Shown in pieces: positions 18,528-28,780 of a DNA stretch of 64,000 nucleotides. The stretch comes from Thermodesulfobacteriota bacterium (GTDB lineage: Bacteria > Desulfobacterota > BSN033 > UBA1163): contig JAPVTA010000102.1 of assembly GCA_047519465.1 (NCBI GenBank), forward strand, positions 2,297 through 66,296, read 5' to 3'. Every line of letters begins with the position of its first letter. The first letter of the stretch is position 1. The translations under genes and the position numbers were made by a program. The notes under the pieces were generated by a model. The model was not told the DNA's origin and did no database searches. It was given only the letters and a program-made list of their open reading frames with translations.

Positions 18528-19973
18528 ATGGCTTCAGAGGTTCGGGTCCGCTTTGCGCCTGCCCCTACGGGCCTTCTCCATATCGGAAATGCCCGGACGG
18601 CCCTATTCAACTTCCTCTTTGCAAAACGAAATCAAGGAAGGTTTGTTCTCCGCATCGAAGACACGGATATAGAGAGATCGAACGATACCTCCGTTGATCG
18701 AATTTTAGAAGATCTTCGATGGCTTGGAATTTTCTGGGACGAAGGTCCTGACCGAGGCGGACCACTGGGTCCTTACCGTCAATCCCAACGGGTGGCCATC
18801 TATCGTGACCTCGCGGATCGACTGTCCCAGGAAGGAAGGAGCTATAAGTGTTTTTGCTCCGAAGAGAGATTGGAAAACCTTCGCAAAGAACAACTCTCCA
18901 GAGGAAGGATGCCACGGTATGACGGAAGGTGCCGCTCCCTCTCCGAAGAGGACATTGCCAAAATGGAAGCCTCCGGTCTTCAACCCGTCCTGCGATTTCA
19001 CGTCGAAAAAGGGCCGATCGTGTTTCAGGACCTCATCCATGGAAATATGGATTTCGATTCCGCCGGGATCGGCGATTTTATCATCCTCCGGTCCGATGGA
19101 ATGGCGGCTTATAATTTTGCCTGCGTCGTGGATGACCACTCCATGGACATCACGCACGTCATCCGAGGCGAGGATCATCTTTCCAATACCCCCCGGCAGA
19201 TTCTCCTCTATCAAGCCCTGTCCTGGCACCCCCCCCTCTTCGCTCACCATCCTCTGATCCTTGGACCCGACCGCTCCCCATTGAGTAAACGCCACGGGGC
19301 TACGGCTGTTTCACAATATCGTGAAGAAGGCTTTCTACCGGAGGCTCTCGAAAATTATCTCATCCTTTTAGGCTGGACGCCTCCTTCGGGTCGTGAAATA
19401 CTTTCTTCCCAAAAAATGGCAGAATTATTCTCCCTCGAAGACGTTTCAAAAAGTGCTCCCATTTTCAATCGCAAGAAACTGGAATGGCTGAACAGTTTCT
19501 ACATCCGCGAGAAGGACGACGGACAGCTCTCCGAAATTCTGATTCCCTTCCTTCAAAAGGCCGGGATCCAGACGGACGGGATCGATCGTCAATGGCTCAG
19601 ACAAGTCTCCGGCATTTTAAAGGAAAATGTCGTCGTTCTGTCACAGGTCGAGGAGTACCTGGGTATCTTCTTCGATGAAGAATTCGCTTTCGAGGATGGA
19701 GCGAAGCGCCTTCTGCAGGATCCAAAAAATCGGGAGACCCTGCGGTCTCTCCTCGACGCATTAGAGGCTCCATCGGAGATCGTATTCTCCGGACAGAATT
19801 CCTTGCTCCCTCAATTGGAAAAGAAGACAAGTCGGAAAGGGAAAAGCCTCTACGCGCCTCTTCGAGCGGCAGTCACAGGAAAGACAAAGGGACCTGAGCT
19901 GGCCAAGACACTTCCTCTCCTCGGGAAGGAGCGGATCATCAGACGAATTAAAATGGCACTGGAAGTGACTTAA
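18528..19973 (+). CDS. gltX: Glutamyl-tRNA synthetase
   Basis: HIGNART class I motif and downstream KMSKS-region; 481 aa. Confidence 0.9.
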   Translation: MASEVRVRFAPAPTGLLHIGNARTALFNFLFAKRNQGRFVLRIEDTDIERSNDTSVDRILEDLRWLGIFWDEGPDRGGPLGPYRQSQRVAIYRDLADRLSQEGRSYKCFCSEERLENLRKEQLSRGRMPRYDGRCRSLSEEDIAKMEASGLQPVLRFHVEKGPIVFQDLIHGNMDFDSAGIGDFIILRSDGMAAYNFACVVDDHSMDITHVIRGEDHLSNTPRQILLYQALSWHPPLFAHHPLILGPDRSPLSKRHGATAVSQYREEGFLPEALENYLILLGWTPPSGREILSSQKMAELFSLEDVSKSAPIFNRKKLEWLNSFYIREKDDGQLSEILIPFLQKAGIQTDGIDRQWLRQVSGILKENVVVLSQVEEYLGIFFDEEFAFEDGAKRLLQDPKNRETLRSLLDALEAPSEIVFSGQNSLLPQLEKKTSRKGKSLYAPLRAAVTGKTKGPELAKTLPLLGKERIIRRIKMALEVT

Positions 19974-20105
19974 ATTTCAAATGTCAAAGTTCAAGGTTCA
20001 AATGAAGTTCAAATTTCAAACTTCAAACGACGGTCTTTCCGTAGCATTTGAGCATTTGTGATTGATTGACATTTGAACTTTGGCATTTGACATTTTATAT
20101 TTTCG
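19974..20105. promoter_or_regulatory. AT-rich inverted-repeat / TTCAAA direct-repeat element between gltX and cysS
   Basis: aaatgtcaaagttcaaggttcaaatg ... catttgaactttggcatttgacattt imperfect inverted repeat, plus at least five TTCAAA units. Confidence 0.4.
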
Positions 20106-20109
20106 ACTT

Positions 20110-21582
20110 ATGTCTCTTCGCCTTTATAATACCCTGACCGGCAACAAAGAGGATTTCGTTCCCCTCCATCGGAAAAAAGTGGGGATGTACGTGTGCGGGG
20201 TAACCGTCTATGATCTCTCCCACATCGGCCATGCCCGTTCTGCCATTGTCTTCGATACAATCTATCGTTACCTGCGGTTTCGCGGTGACGAAGTCACCTT
20301 CGTTCGAAACTTCACGGATATCGACGATAAGATCATCAAGCGGGCCAACGAGGAAGGCGTAGACGCCAAAGCCGTCGCCGAGAGATACATCGCTGAATTC
20401 AACATCGATATGGGAAAGCTGGGTCTGGAAAAGCCTTCGGTTGAACCCAAAGCCACAGAGCATATCCCGGAGATGATTCGGCTGATCTCGGCCCTCGTTG
20501 AGAAAGGGTTTGCCTATCAGAGCGGGGGCGACGTCTTCTTCTCTGTGCGAAAATTCAAAGACTATGGAAAGCTCTCGAAGAGAGATTTGGAAGAGATGCA
20601 AGCTGGGGCCAGGGTCGAAATTGACGAGAAGAAAGAAAACCCGCTCGACTTTGCCCTTTGGAAGGCCAGCAAACCGGGCGAACCCTTCTGGGAAAGTCCC
20701 TGGGGAAAGGGTAGACCGGGGTGGCACATCGAATGTTCTGTGATGAGCCAGAAGTATTTGGGCGAAACCCTGGATATTCACGGGGGCGGGAGGGATCTCA
20801 TTTTCCCGCATCACGAAAATGAAATCGCCCAATCCGAATCGGCCACTGGAAAGACATTTGTCCGGTACTGGGTTCACAACGGCTTCGTCAATATCAATAG
20901 GGAGAAGATGTCCAAATCTCTCGGAAACATTCTCACTGTCAAGGCAATTCTTGAAGATTGGCATCCCGAGGTCCTTCGACTCTTCTTCCTCTCCCACCAT
21001 TATCGAAGTCCTGTCGATTACTCAGAGGACGGCCTCAGGGAAGCAAAAACAGGCTTGGACCGATTTTACGGTACTATCCACGGGGCTGGGGAAGAGCTGA
21101 AGAAACCCCTTGTCTCACACAGAAAAATCGACCCGACGGTTATCGAAAACTGCCGCAAAGCCATCGATTCTTTCCCGGTCCGATTTGAAGAAGCGATGGA
21201 TGACGATTTCAACACCGCTCAGGCCTTAGGATATTTCTATGACCTCCAAACCCAGTTAAACGGACTTCTCAGCCTTTCTAAAGGTCAGCCAACCGAAGAG
21301 ATCCTTTCCATGTTGAAACAGGGTTTAGACCACTTCAGCAGGGAGGGATGGGTCTTCGGCCTATTCCGGGAGGACCCTAAGGGATATTTAATTCAGCAGA
21401 AAAAAGACGGCCTCAAGAGGCTGAATCTTTCGGAACAAGCCATCCTTCGATCCGTTGAGGAGAGAAATCTGGCCAGAAAAGAAAAGAACTGGATAAGGGC
21501 TGACGAGATCCGAAACGACCTTCTCTCAAAAGGAATTGTCTTAGAGGATACCGCTTCCGGTACAATCTGGAAAATCAAGTAA
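20110..21582 (+). CDS. cysS: Cysteinyl-tRNA synthetase
   Basis: [11 protein letters not shown] start, HIGHARS and KMSKS motifs, Zn-binding Cys; start moved to the internal ATG. Confidence 0.9.
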   Translation: MSLRLYNTLTGNKEDFVPLHRKKVGMYVCGVTVYDLSHIGHARSAIVFDTIYRYLRFRGDEVTFVRNFTDIDDKIIKRANEEGVDAKAVAERYIAEFNIDMGKLGLEKPSVEPKATEHIPEMIRLISALVEKGFAYQSGGDVFFSVRKFKDYGKLSKRDLEEMQAGARVEIDEKKENPLDFALWKASKPGEPFWESPWGKGRPGWHIECSVMSQKYLGETLDIHGGGRDLIFPHHENEIAQSESATGKTFVRYWVHNGFVNINREKMSKSLGNILTVKAILEDWHPEVLRLFFLSHHYRSPVDYSEDGLREAKTGLDRFYGTIHGAGEELKKPLVSHRKIDPTVIENCRKAIDSFPVRFEEAMDDDFNTAQALGYFYDLQTQLNGLLSLSKGQPTEEILSMLKQGLDHFSREGWVFGLFREDPKGYLIQQKKDGLKRLNLSEQAILRSVEERNLARKEKNWIRADEIRNDLLSKGIVLEDTASGTIWKIK

Positions 21583-21689
21583 ACTAAGGCATGACCTACA
21601 GCATTCTACTGAAGACACCCACTCTTCAAATTCCAACCCCCAAAGTCCAAATAAATCTCGGGCACCGGTTTCAAATAGCCGATATGAGT

Positions 21690-21750
21690 CCCCCTCACCC
21701 TTTCCCTCTCCCCGCTGGGGAGAGGGAAAGGGTGAGGGGGGCGGTGTTCT
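21690..21750. repeat. Perfect 24-bp-stem GC-rich hairpin (family A) between convergent cysS and the NTPase-TPR gene
   Basis: ccccctcaccctttccctctcccc-gctg-gggagagggaaagggtgaggggg. Confidence 0.7.
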
Positions 21751-21968
21751 CATTCTCTTTTGATCCAACGGATCAGCGCGTTTAATTGGATGGTGAGGTA
21801 GGAAACCATGATGACCAGAAGGACTAACAAAAACGTATTCGTATTAACAATCCATAGAATATTCATTCCCCCCTCCTTTCCATCTTTGAACTGGGGCGAC
21901 CCCGTCAGAAATCCCTCCCCCACCATAGCGGGACTCGAAACCGGGCGCGGCATCATTTCTAACAGGGT

Positions 21969-24900
21969 TTACACGTTTTGGACCCCCTCCTCCAGTATGA
22001 CAGCCAACTCCTCTCGCGTATAGCTATCCTTTATTCCTGGCTTTGAAACTAAGTACTCCACAATGTCCTCTGGCGTTAACGGGTATACTTCCTTCAGTCC
22101 GTTAATGATGTATTGCAGGTATCGGAGCGAGGGGGCCACCGGGACTTCCAGGGCAATATCCTTGCAAGAGGTAAACGTGTAAATGGGGAACCCGTCCTGA
22201 TTCCCCAGATAGAGGATATTCCCGTACCACAACGGATCAAAGGTCATGGAGCCCTGTTCTTTCACTTTCTGTAGATCCACTGAGATCCTCACTCCATCAT
22301 TTTCCTGACGGACCACATCGATGAATTGTTGTTCCGTGATGAGATACATCCGGCCCAGCGTTGCCTCGGTTTTTTCTTCTTTGAGTCCGATAAATGCGAC
22401 GCCCTTGTTATCCCAACCGGGGGAGTGTCTGGCAAAATATAATGGGTGTGAGATCTTGATCGGTTGGTCGTCCTTCGGAGGTGTTTTGTCACGGCAGCCC
22501 GGATAAGGACCGGATGCGCCGTCAGCCGGTCCTCCCTCGATATAGCGCATGAATCTCCGGCTGTACGGGTTCGATCCATAGTTCGCGTACCAGACGAGAT
22601 TCGTTAAAGACAGGAAGCGCTCATCGTTTTTCAAATTTCCAAAATCTTCCTCCCTCTTGGCCTCTAACGCCAGATTCTTGTCGATCTGTATCGCCTTGTA
22701 CAGGCTGTCCAGGGAAGCGTCGGTATAACCCATCCTGGCTTCAAAGCAGGCCTTGTTATACCACCCCGTCGCATTATTTCTGTTAATCTGGACTAGAGTA
22801 TCCCAGCATTTTATCGCTTCTTCATGCCGACTCAGTTTGGAAAGTGCCAGCCCTTTAGAAATGAGGGCATCGATGTTTGTCCATTCCTTATCCAGAACAG
22901 CATCCAGACAACTCAGGGCCTCCTCATAATGTCCCGAGCTCAATAAAACTTGCCCCTTGGCCAAGAGAGCCGCGAGGTACCCCGGATTCATTCTCAGGGC
23001 TTCGTCCAAACACGATAATGCGTCTTCATATCTGGCAAGGTTGAAAAGGGCAAGCCCCTTCACGCCCAATAATTCATGGTTGGCAGGATTCGCTTTCAAC
23101 GATTCATCCGCACACTGCACGGCCTCTTCGTATCTCCCCAGATTGGATAGTGCCCTGGCACGATGATCCCAGAGGCTTTTATCTTCAGGGTTTATTTCTG
23201 AGGCTTTTCGCAGAATGTCTAAGGCCTCCTCATTCCTTCCAAGATGAACTAAAATCATGCCTTTCAGTTTCAGCGCATCTTCGTTGGTGTGGCGAAGTCC
23301 TAACGCCTTATCCGCACACCCCAAGGCTTCATCGTATTCTTGGCCATCCAAAAATATTCTGCCTTTATCGACCCATGGCTGCTCAAAGGACGGGTTGATC
23401 TCTATCGCTCTGTCTAAACATTCCAGAGCATCCTTTGTTTTGCCTTGCTTTAGGAATTCCGCTCCCCTCTTGTGCCATGCCATCTCATCTTCGTGGAAAA
23501 TGGCATATCCTACCGAATTCAGTCGATCTGCCAAGGCCTTCAGGTGGTCTCGGAACCTTTCCTTCTCCTCCTCCTTCTTAAATTTGACCTGAGTGACAAA
23601 TCCTTCTTTCATCCATTCCACGTTGACTCTGTACCGGAGCGAGTGAGGTGCTCCCAGGTAGAATTCGCTCGTCGACTCATAGGAGATCTCGAGAAGGGCG
23701 TGTGTTCCCGGAGAACTGTGGGGATCTGTTGCCCCGATGATAAACTTTTCGGCTCTCTCCCCTTTGACTCTTTCCGTCTGGTCAAATCTCGTCTGAACGT
23801 AGTATTCGGGGAAATCTTTGAGAAAAACCTCATTGGTCAGCTTGCGGTACAAATTGAAAATGGGATCTTCCGAAAAACCGATGAAGAACCGTCCGGTATC
23901 GATGACCCCTTTTGAAGCGCACAGATACTTTAGGTAAAGCAGGTCAAAGGGACCCCCGTTGAAGCGAAGCTTGCCATCCTCTTCGGATATCACATGGTCT
24001 TTTTTAAGCTGTTCGACAGAACCTCTCGCCGCCGACTTCTTGCGTGAAATGTCTTTGGGCTGCAACCGAACCATTTCATCAATTAACACAAATTCAGCAA
24101 ACCATTTTTTTGAAACATTCGGAAATTCAAGCAGGCATACCAGCATCTTCAAGAGGTCCACCCCGTAACCCCTCATCTTGTTTGAGACCTCGTAATGCCC
24201 CGCTTTTCTGAACCCCTCCATTTCTTTCGAGACATCCCCCCATACTCCGGGGGAGAGCCCGATCTTAGGATTCTTTCCGTCTTTCCATCGACGGTACATA
24301 AAATGGCCAATCAGGGTAACTTCATAAGGTGCGCCGTTCGTGATGGCATGGATTTCCCCGATACAGGCTTGATCAAAAACCCTTTTCTCTTTATCCGCAA
24401 GGGGTTTGAGCAGGCATTCTTCCGTCTCTTTAACATTCTTGAAGTTCTCCACGTTGATCCTTTTGAAGACCGCCGGCACGGGGGAAATGACTTCGCTGAG
24501 GCAGGGCCACAGGCTCTCCGCTCCGGAAAGTACCAGGACATAACCTTCTACCTCCACAAAAGCATTTCTTAATTTCTGTAAGAGAACCTCGTTCTGGGCC
24601 AATAAGTCACATTCGTCAAAAAGCAAGACGATCGTCGGAATACGCCGTTTCCTGGCCTCTTTGTGGATGTCCCTTAAATCATGGACCAGGACCTTTTGAG
24701 ATAATCCTCTGGTCTTTTTTCTCTTGAACCCTATATACGCGCTGCTATGGAGCCAAGGGATCTTTGTTTCTGCCTCGGCGTCGAGTCTGTCGACCACCTT
24801 TCGGTAGGCCCTGTAGGCGGCCCCGGTCATTCCTCCGTACAGCCCCCTTTCTGCGCCCTCCGTTATCACTCCATCAAACACTTCTTTGAAAAAGGGAACA

Positions 24901-25175
24901 TCATTCTGCGCCGTTTCTGTATTGAGCGGGATCTTTACGGCAAGGTATCCTAAATCATTCGCCATGGATTCAATGATGTTGAGAAAACTCGTTTTGCCCG
25001 CGGCTCTTGGGCCAACAAGGGCGAGGTGAACATATTTGGGTGGATCATTTCTTGTAAGCTTCAAATAGTATTCTATTTCTTCGAGCTCACCATGCCTTCC
25101 GGCAAAAAGCATCGGGTCTCTCACCGGGTTCATGAAGTCGTATGGATTATGATCATTTTCTCTTTTTGCCTTCAT
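21969..25175 (-). CDS. Multidomain protein: Arch_ATPase/STAND-like P-loop NTPase, TPR array, C-terminal gamma-glutamyl cyclotransferase (GGCT/AIG2)-like domain
   Basis: N-terminal NPYDFMNPV..FAGRHGELEEI then Walker A GPRAAGKTS and Walker B IVLLFDECD; about eight TPR units mid-protein; C-terminal VWYANYGSN matches the YFAYGSN signature of GGCT/AIG2-like enzymes. Confidence 0.6.
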   Translation of the reverse strand: MKAKRENDHNPYDFMNPVRDPMLFAGRHGELEEIEYYLKLTRNDPPKYVHLALVGPRAAGKTSFLNIIESMANDLGYLAVKIPLNTETAQNDVPFFKEVFDGVITEGAERGLYGGMTGAAYRAYRKVVDRLDAEAETKIPWLHSSAYIGFKRKKTRGLSQKVLVHDLRDIHKEARKRRIPTIVLLFDECDLLAQNEVLLQKLRNAFVEVEGYVLVLSGAESLWPCLSEVISPVPAVFKRINVENFKNVKETEECLLKPLADKEKRVFDQACIGEIHAITNGAPYEVTLIGHFMYRRWKDGKNPKIGLSPGVWGDVSKEMEGFRKAGHYEVSNKMRGYGVDLLKMLVCLLEFPNVSKKWFAEFVLIDEMVRLQPKDISRKKSAARGSVEQLKKDHVISEEDGKLRFNGGPFDLLYLKYLCASKGVIDTGRFFIGFSEDPIFNLYRKLTNEVFLKDFPEYYVQTRFDQTERVKGERAEKFIIGATDPHSSPGTHALLEISYESTSEFYLGAPHSLRYRVNVEWMKEGFVTQVKFKKEEEKERFRDHLKALADRLNSVGYAIFHEDEMAWHKRGAEFLKQGKTKDALECLDRAIEINPSFEQPWVDKGRIFLDGQEYDEALGCADKALGLRHTNEDALKLKGMILVHLGRNEEALDILRKASEINPEDKSLWDHRARALSNLGRYEEAVQCADESLKANPANHELLGVKGLALFNLARYEDALSCLDEALRMNPGYLAALLAKGQVLLSSGHYEEALSCLDAVLDKEWTNIDALISKGLALSKLSRHEEAIKCWDTLVQINRNNATGWYNKACFEARMGYTDASLDSLYKAIQIDKNLALEAKREEDFGNLKNDERFLSLTNLVWYANYGSNPYSRRFMRYIEGGPADGASGPYPGCRDKTPPKDDQPIKISHPLYFARHSPGWDNKGVAFIGLKEEKTEATLGRMYLITEQQFIDVVRQENDGVRISVDLQKVKEQGSMTFDPLWYGNILYLGNQDGFPIYTFTSCKDIALEVPVAPSLRYLQYIINGLKEVYPLTPEDIVEYLVSKPGIKDSYTREELAVILEEGVQNV

Positions 25176-25646
25176 GATCTCCTCCCCTGATTCCCCGTGA
25201 ATAGCATTTCTTCGTCATCCGTCGGAATTGGCCGGATCTTTTCGGGCGGTGATTATGATATCAACTTCGTTCCGCCTTGTAAACTTTTTCTTTGACCGGG
25301 ACCTAACACCCTACTCTGCTGCGGACTCACTGAGATCGGGCCCCGCGCCGCTCGGGGTCGAAGAAAATCTTATAGCGGATTCCTCAGCTTGCCCCTAAAC
25401 TACGGGAATGTCTTCCACATTGAAAAGGCTGTGACATGAAGGAACGAAGTTGCCTTTGCCAATTACAATTTCAGACCATCCGCTTAATAAGATTTTCGGA
25501 AACTTCGGTGGCGCGGGGCACGATCGGAAGATCCGATCCACCCTCCAGTGAGGTATTGCGTTCGATTTTACTTTTTCCTTGTCTGGTCCTGGCATTTCTG
25601 ATATAAGTGACTTCAAATCAGTGAAAAAAGCAACAGGCTGGAACAA

Positions 25647-27179
25647 ATGTTAGCCAAGGTCTTGAGCAGTAGCGTTTTTGGAATCGATGCCTATGTGGTA
25701 GAAGTGGAGGTAGACATTGCCCAGGGCCTTCCTACCTTTGCAACTGTTGGGCTCCCTGAAGGTGCAGTCAAAGAATCCAAGGACAGGGTCAAGGCAGCCG
25801 TTAAGAACTGCGGCTATGACTTCCCCTCCCAGAGGATTACGGTCAACCTGGCGCCGGCGGATATCAAGAAGGAAGGAGCAGCTTTCGACCTCCCCATGGC
25901 CATTGGCATCCTGGCAGCCACCGAGGTGGTTCAAAAGGGCAAGCTGACCCATTATTTTATTTTAGGGGAGCTCTCCCTTGACGGACAGGTGAAGCCAATA
26001 AGAGGCACACTCCCCATTGCCGTCGCTGCAAGAGACGCGGGGTATCGAGGTCTCCTGCTCCCCAGGGACAATTCAAAAGAGGCGGCGGTAGTGAAAGGAA
26101 TTGAGATTCTTCCCCTCGATACCCTCTCCGATTGTGTTCAATTTTTGAACGAGAATCTCCGGATCAATCCAGTCGAGGTTGATCTGGACGAGATCTTTAG
26201 GACAGAGATGAATTATCCGGTTGATTTCAACGACGTGAAGGGCCAAGAGCATGTAAAGCGTTGCCTGGAAGTTGCGGCAGCGGGGGGGCACAATGTCATC
26301 ATGATCGGTCCTCCTGGCTCCGGAAAAACCATGCTGGCCAAGAGACTCCCCACGATCCTACCGGATATGAATTTTGAGGAAAGTCTTGAAACCACAAAAA
26401 TCCACAGCGTGATGGGTTTGATCCCACCCGATAGCTCCCTCATCGTGACCCGACCGTTTCGAAGCCCTCACCACACGATTTCCGATGCGGGCCTGATAGG
26501 AGGGGGACAGATCCCAAAACCCGGGGAGGTCAGCCTTTCTCACAACGGGGTTCTTTTCCTGGATGAACTACCCGAATTCAAAAAGAATGTCCTGGAGGTA
26601 ATGCGCCAACCCTTGGAAGAGGAGAGAGTGACCATCGCCCGAGCAGCCACCTCCCTCACCTACCCTGCCCGCTTCATGCTGGTGGCTGCCATGAACCCCT
26701 GTCCATGCGGTTATTACAGCGATCCCAACAATGAATGCACCTGCACGGTCCCGCAGATTCAGCGCTACCGATCCAAGATCTCCGGACCTTTGATGGACCG
26801 AATCGACATCCATATCGAGGTCCCCGCAGTCAAGTACCGGGACCTGGCAAGCCGCGAACCCGGCGAGCCCTCCAGGGAGATCAAGAAACGAATCGATTCC
26901 GCCAGAAAGACCCAGCTCAGTCGCTTCAAAGGGCTGAAGATTTATTGCAACGCCCAGATGACCAACCGCCATATCAAGAAGTTCTGTCAGATTGACGAGG
27001 CAAGCCAGAAATTGCTGGAATTGGCCATCGATAAATTCGGCCTGAGCGCCAGGGCCTATGCGAGGGTCCTCAAGGTCGCCCGCACCATTGCCGACCTGGA
27101 AGGCCAAGAGAGTATTCAGCCCGCCCACCTCTCCGAAGCGATTCAGTATAGAAGCCTGGATCGAAACCTGATCTCCTAA
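25647..27179 (+). CDS. comM: ComM/YifB-family Mg-chelatase-like AAA+ ATPase
   Basis: Lon-like N-domain, Walker A GPPGSGKT, ChlI/MCM-type core, C-terminal domain; 510 aa. Confidence 0.9.
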   Translation: MLAKVLSSSVFGIDAYVVEVEVDIAQGLPTFATVGLPEGAVKESKDRVKAAVKNCGYDFPSQRITVNLAPADIKKEGAAFDLPMAIGILAATEVVQKGKLTHYFILGELSLDGQVKPIRGTLPIAVAARDAGYRGLLLPRDNSKEAAVVKGIEILPLDTLSDCVQFLNENLRINPVEVDLDEIFRTEMNYPVDFNDVKGQEHVKRCLEVAAAGGHNVIMIGPPGSGKTMLAKRLPTILPDMNFEESLETTKIHSVMGLIPPDSSLIVTRPFRSPHHTISDAGLIGGGQIPKPGEVSLSHNGVLFLDELPEFKKNVLEVMRQPLEEERVTIARAATSLTYPARFMLVAAMNPCPCGYYSDPNNECTCTVPQIQRYRSKISGPLMDRIDIHIEVPAVKYRDLASREPGEPSREIKKRIDSARKTQLSRFKGLKIYCNAQMTNRHIKKFCQIDEASQKLLELAIDKFGLSARAYARVLKVARTIADLEGQESIQPAHLSEAIQYRSLDRNLIS

Positions 27180-27264
27180 CGACAGAAGACTTGTCTCGGC
27201 CCATCAGACAATAAAGGGATTTTTGCGATGGCAGGAAGAGAGTTTCAGCACTATGGAGATTTTG

Positions 27265-28572
27265 TCAGCCTCTTCTCACGATGACCTTTCTTGGACCGGC
27301 AATCCATATACTGCAGCAGGCGATGCAAATACTTAGCATCGAAATGGCAAAATTAAGTTTATAGTTCCCAAACCTGTCAAACAAATATCCACCGAGCCAT
27401 GAACTTATAGCACCACCTACTCCGAAGCCAAAGGTAATAAAACCATAGATAGCACCAAAGTGTCGGCCTTGAAACAAATCGGTTGCAGCTCCTGTTACAG
27501 CAGGTATCATCAGTCCTGACCCTATCCCTACAAAGATGCCATAGGCATACAACAGCCAAGGATTCGTTGTGTCTTTAATTAAGAAAATGCAGAAGATCCC
27601 AATGAGCGAGAGAATGCATGACAGTGAATAGCCTCTCTCCCAGCCTATTCGATCATTGATGAATCCAAAGGCCTGGCCAATGGTTTGAGTAATGCCATAG
27701 AGGCTGAATATGGAAGCAGCAAAAATTGGACTGTAGCCCACATCTACAACATAGGCAACCTGATGGGCGAGTAAAAACGCAACAGCAACTCCGTGAAAAA
27801 AGAAAAAGCACGAAAAAAGTGCCCAGAGGCGATAGCTCCTCATGGCCCCGACCAAGGTCCACTCTTTTGATATCCACTCTTTATCGATTACTAATACAGA
27901 TGTGTCAGATTTTGATATTGTTATGGAATCGATGGCTCCTGCAGCATCCCCGTCAGGTAATAGGCCTTTATCCTTGGCTTCTGATCTTTGAAACAATGCT
28001 GCGAGAGGAAGGATGACTCCGATGATCATCGCTCCCATCAAATTATAAGTAAACCGCCATCCCACAATATTGATCAGATATTGAACAATAATGACCAGCA
28101 AAGAACCTGAGCCCAAACCACTTGATATAATCCCTAAAGCCGTGCCGCGTCTTCTCAAAAACCACCGAGTGACCACAGCGGCGTGAGGAACAAGACCCGA
28201 AAGGGAAACTCCCACAGCCCCGATGAAGCCCCAGAAAGCATAAAGGTGCCAGACTTTGTTGGCCTGGCTGCAAGCAAATGCCCCCAAGGCCAAAACGATA
28301 GCTCCTACTGAGATGATTTTCCGGGGACCGAATTGATCAATGAGCCACCCTGACAAAGGTGAAATCAGCCCGTAGGTAAAAATAAACAGTGAAAAAATTA
28401 ACGCAGTGCTAGCCCTACTCCAGCCAAATTCCTTTAGGATAGCGAGGTAGAAAACAGAAAAGGAAGATCTCGCTCCCCATACGAATGATAGGGAGATAAA
28501 CGAAATAACAACAATAATCCACCCGTAAAAAAATATGGGTCTTTTTATGCGGATAGTTCTCGCTCCTCTCAC
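27265..28572 (-). CDS. MFS transporter
   Basis: 12 predicted TM segments in a 6+6 arrangement with a central loop. Confidence 0.75.
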   Translation of the reverse strand: MRGARTIRIKRPIFFYGWIIVVISFISLSFVWGARSSFSVFYLAILKEFGWSRASTALIFSLFIFTYGLISPLSGWLIDQFGPRKIISVGAIVLALGAFACSQANKVWHLYAFWGFIGAVGVSLSGLVPHAAVVTRWFLRRRGTALGIISSGLGSGSLLVIIVQYLINIVGWRFTYNLMGAMIIGVILPLAALFQRSEAKDKGLLPDGDAAGAIDSITISKSDTSVLVIDKEWISKEWTLVGAMRSYRLWALFSCFFFFHGVAVAFLLAHQVAYVVDVGYSPIFAASIFSLYGITQTIGQAFGFINDRIGWERGYSLSCILSLIGIFCIFLIKDTTNPWLLYAYGIFVGIGSGLMIPAVTGAATDLFQGRHFGAIYGFITFGFGVGGAISSWLGGYLFDRFGNYKLNFAISMLSICIACCSIWIAGPRKVIVRRG

Positions 28573-28780
28573 CAGATCAGATTTCCAATGTTCTGCATGC
28601 TGCGCTGCTGAAATGATGCATCTTCGTCTTACTGCTTATCCTAAGGTGGCTGAATGTTAAACGACAAGAGATAGACAAGGATGAAGAAAATACCTAGATA
28701 AGAAAAGTTACAGTCTTTTGAAAAAATCTGGGTTGATCACCCACAAATGCCTTGAAATCCTTTAAGGAAGCACAAACTCC

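Noticed and set aside
20095-21000. 301-aa minus-strand ORF
   Set aside because: Antisense to cysS; shadow ORF.
26568-27128. 186-aa minus-strand ORF
   Set aside because: Antisense to comM; Gly/Ala-rich shadow ORF.
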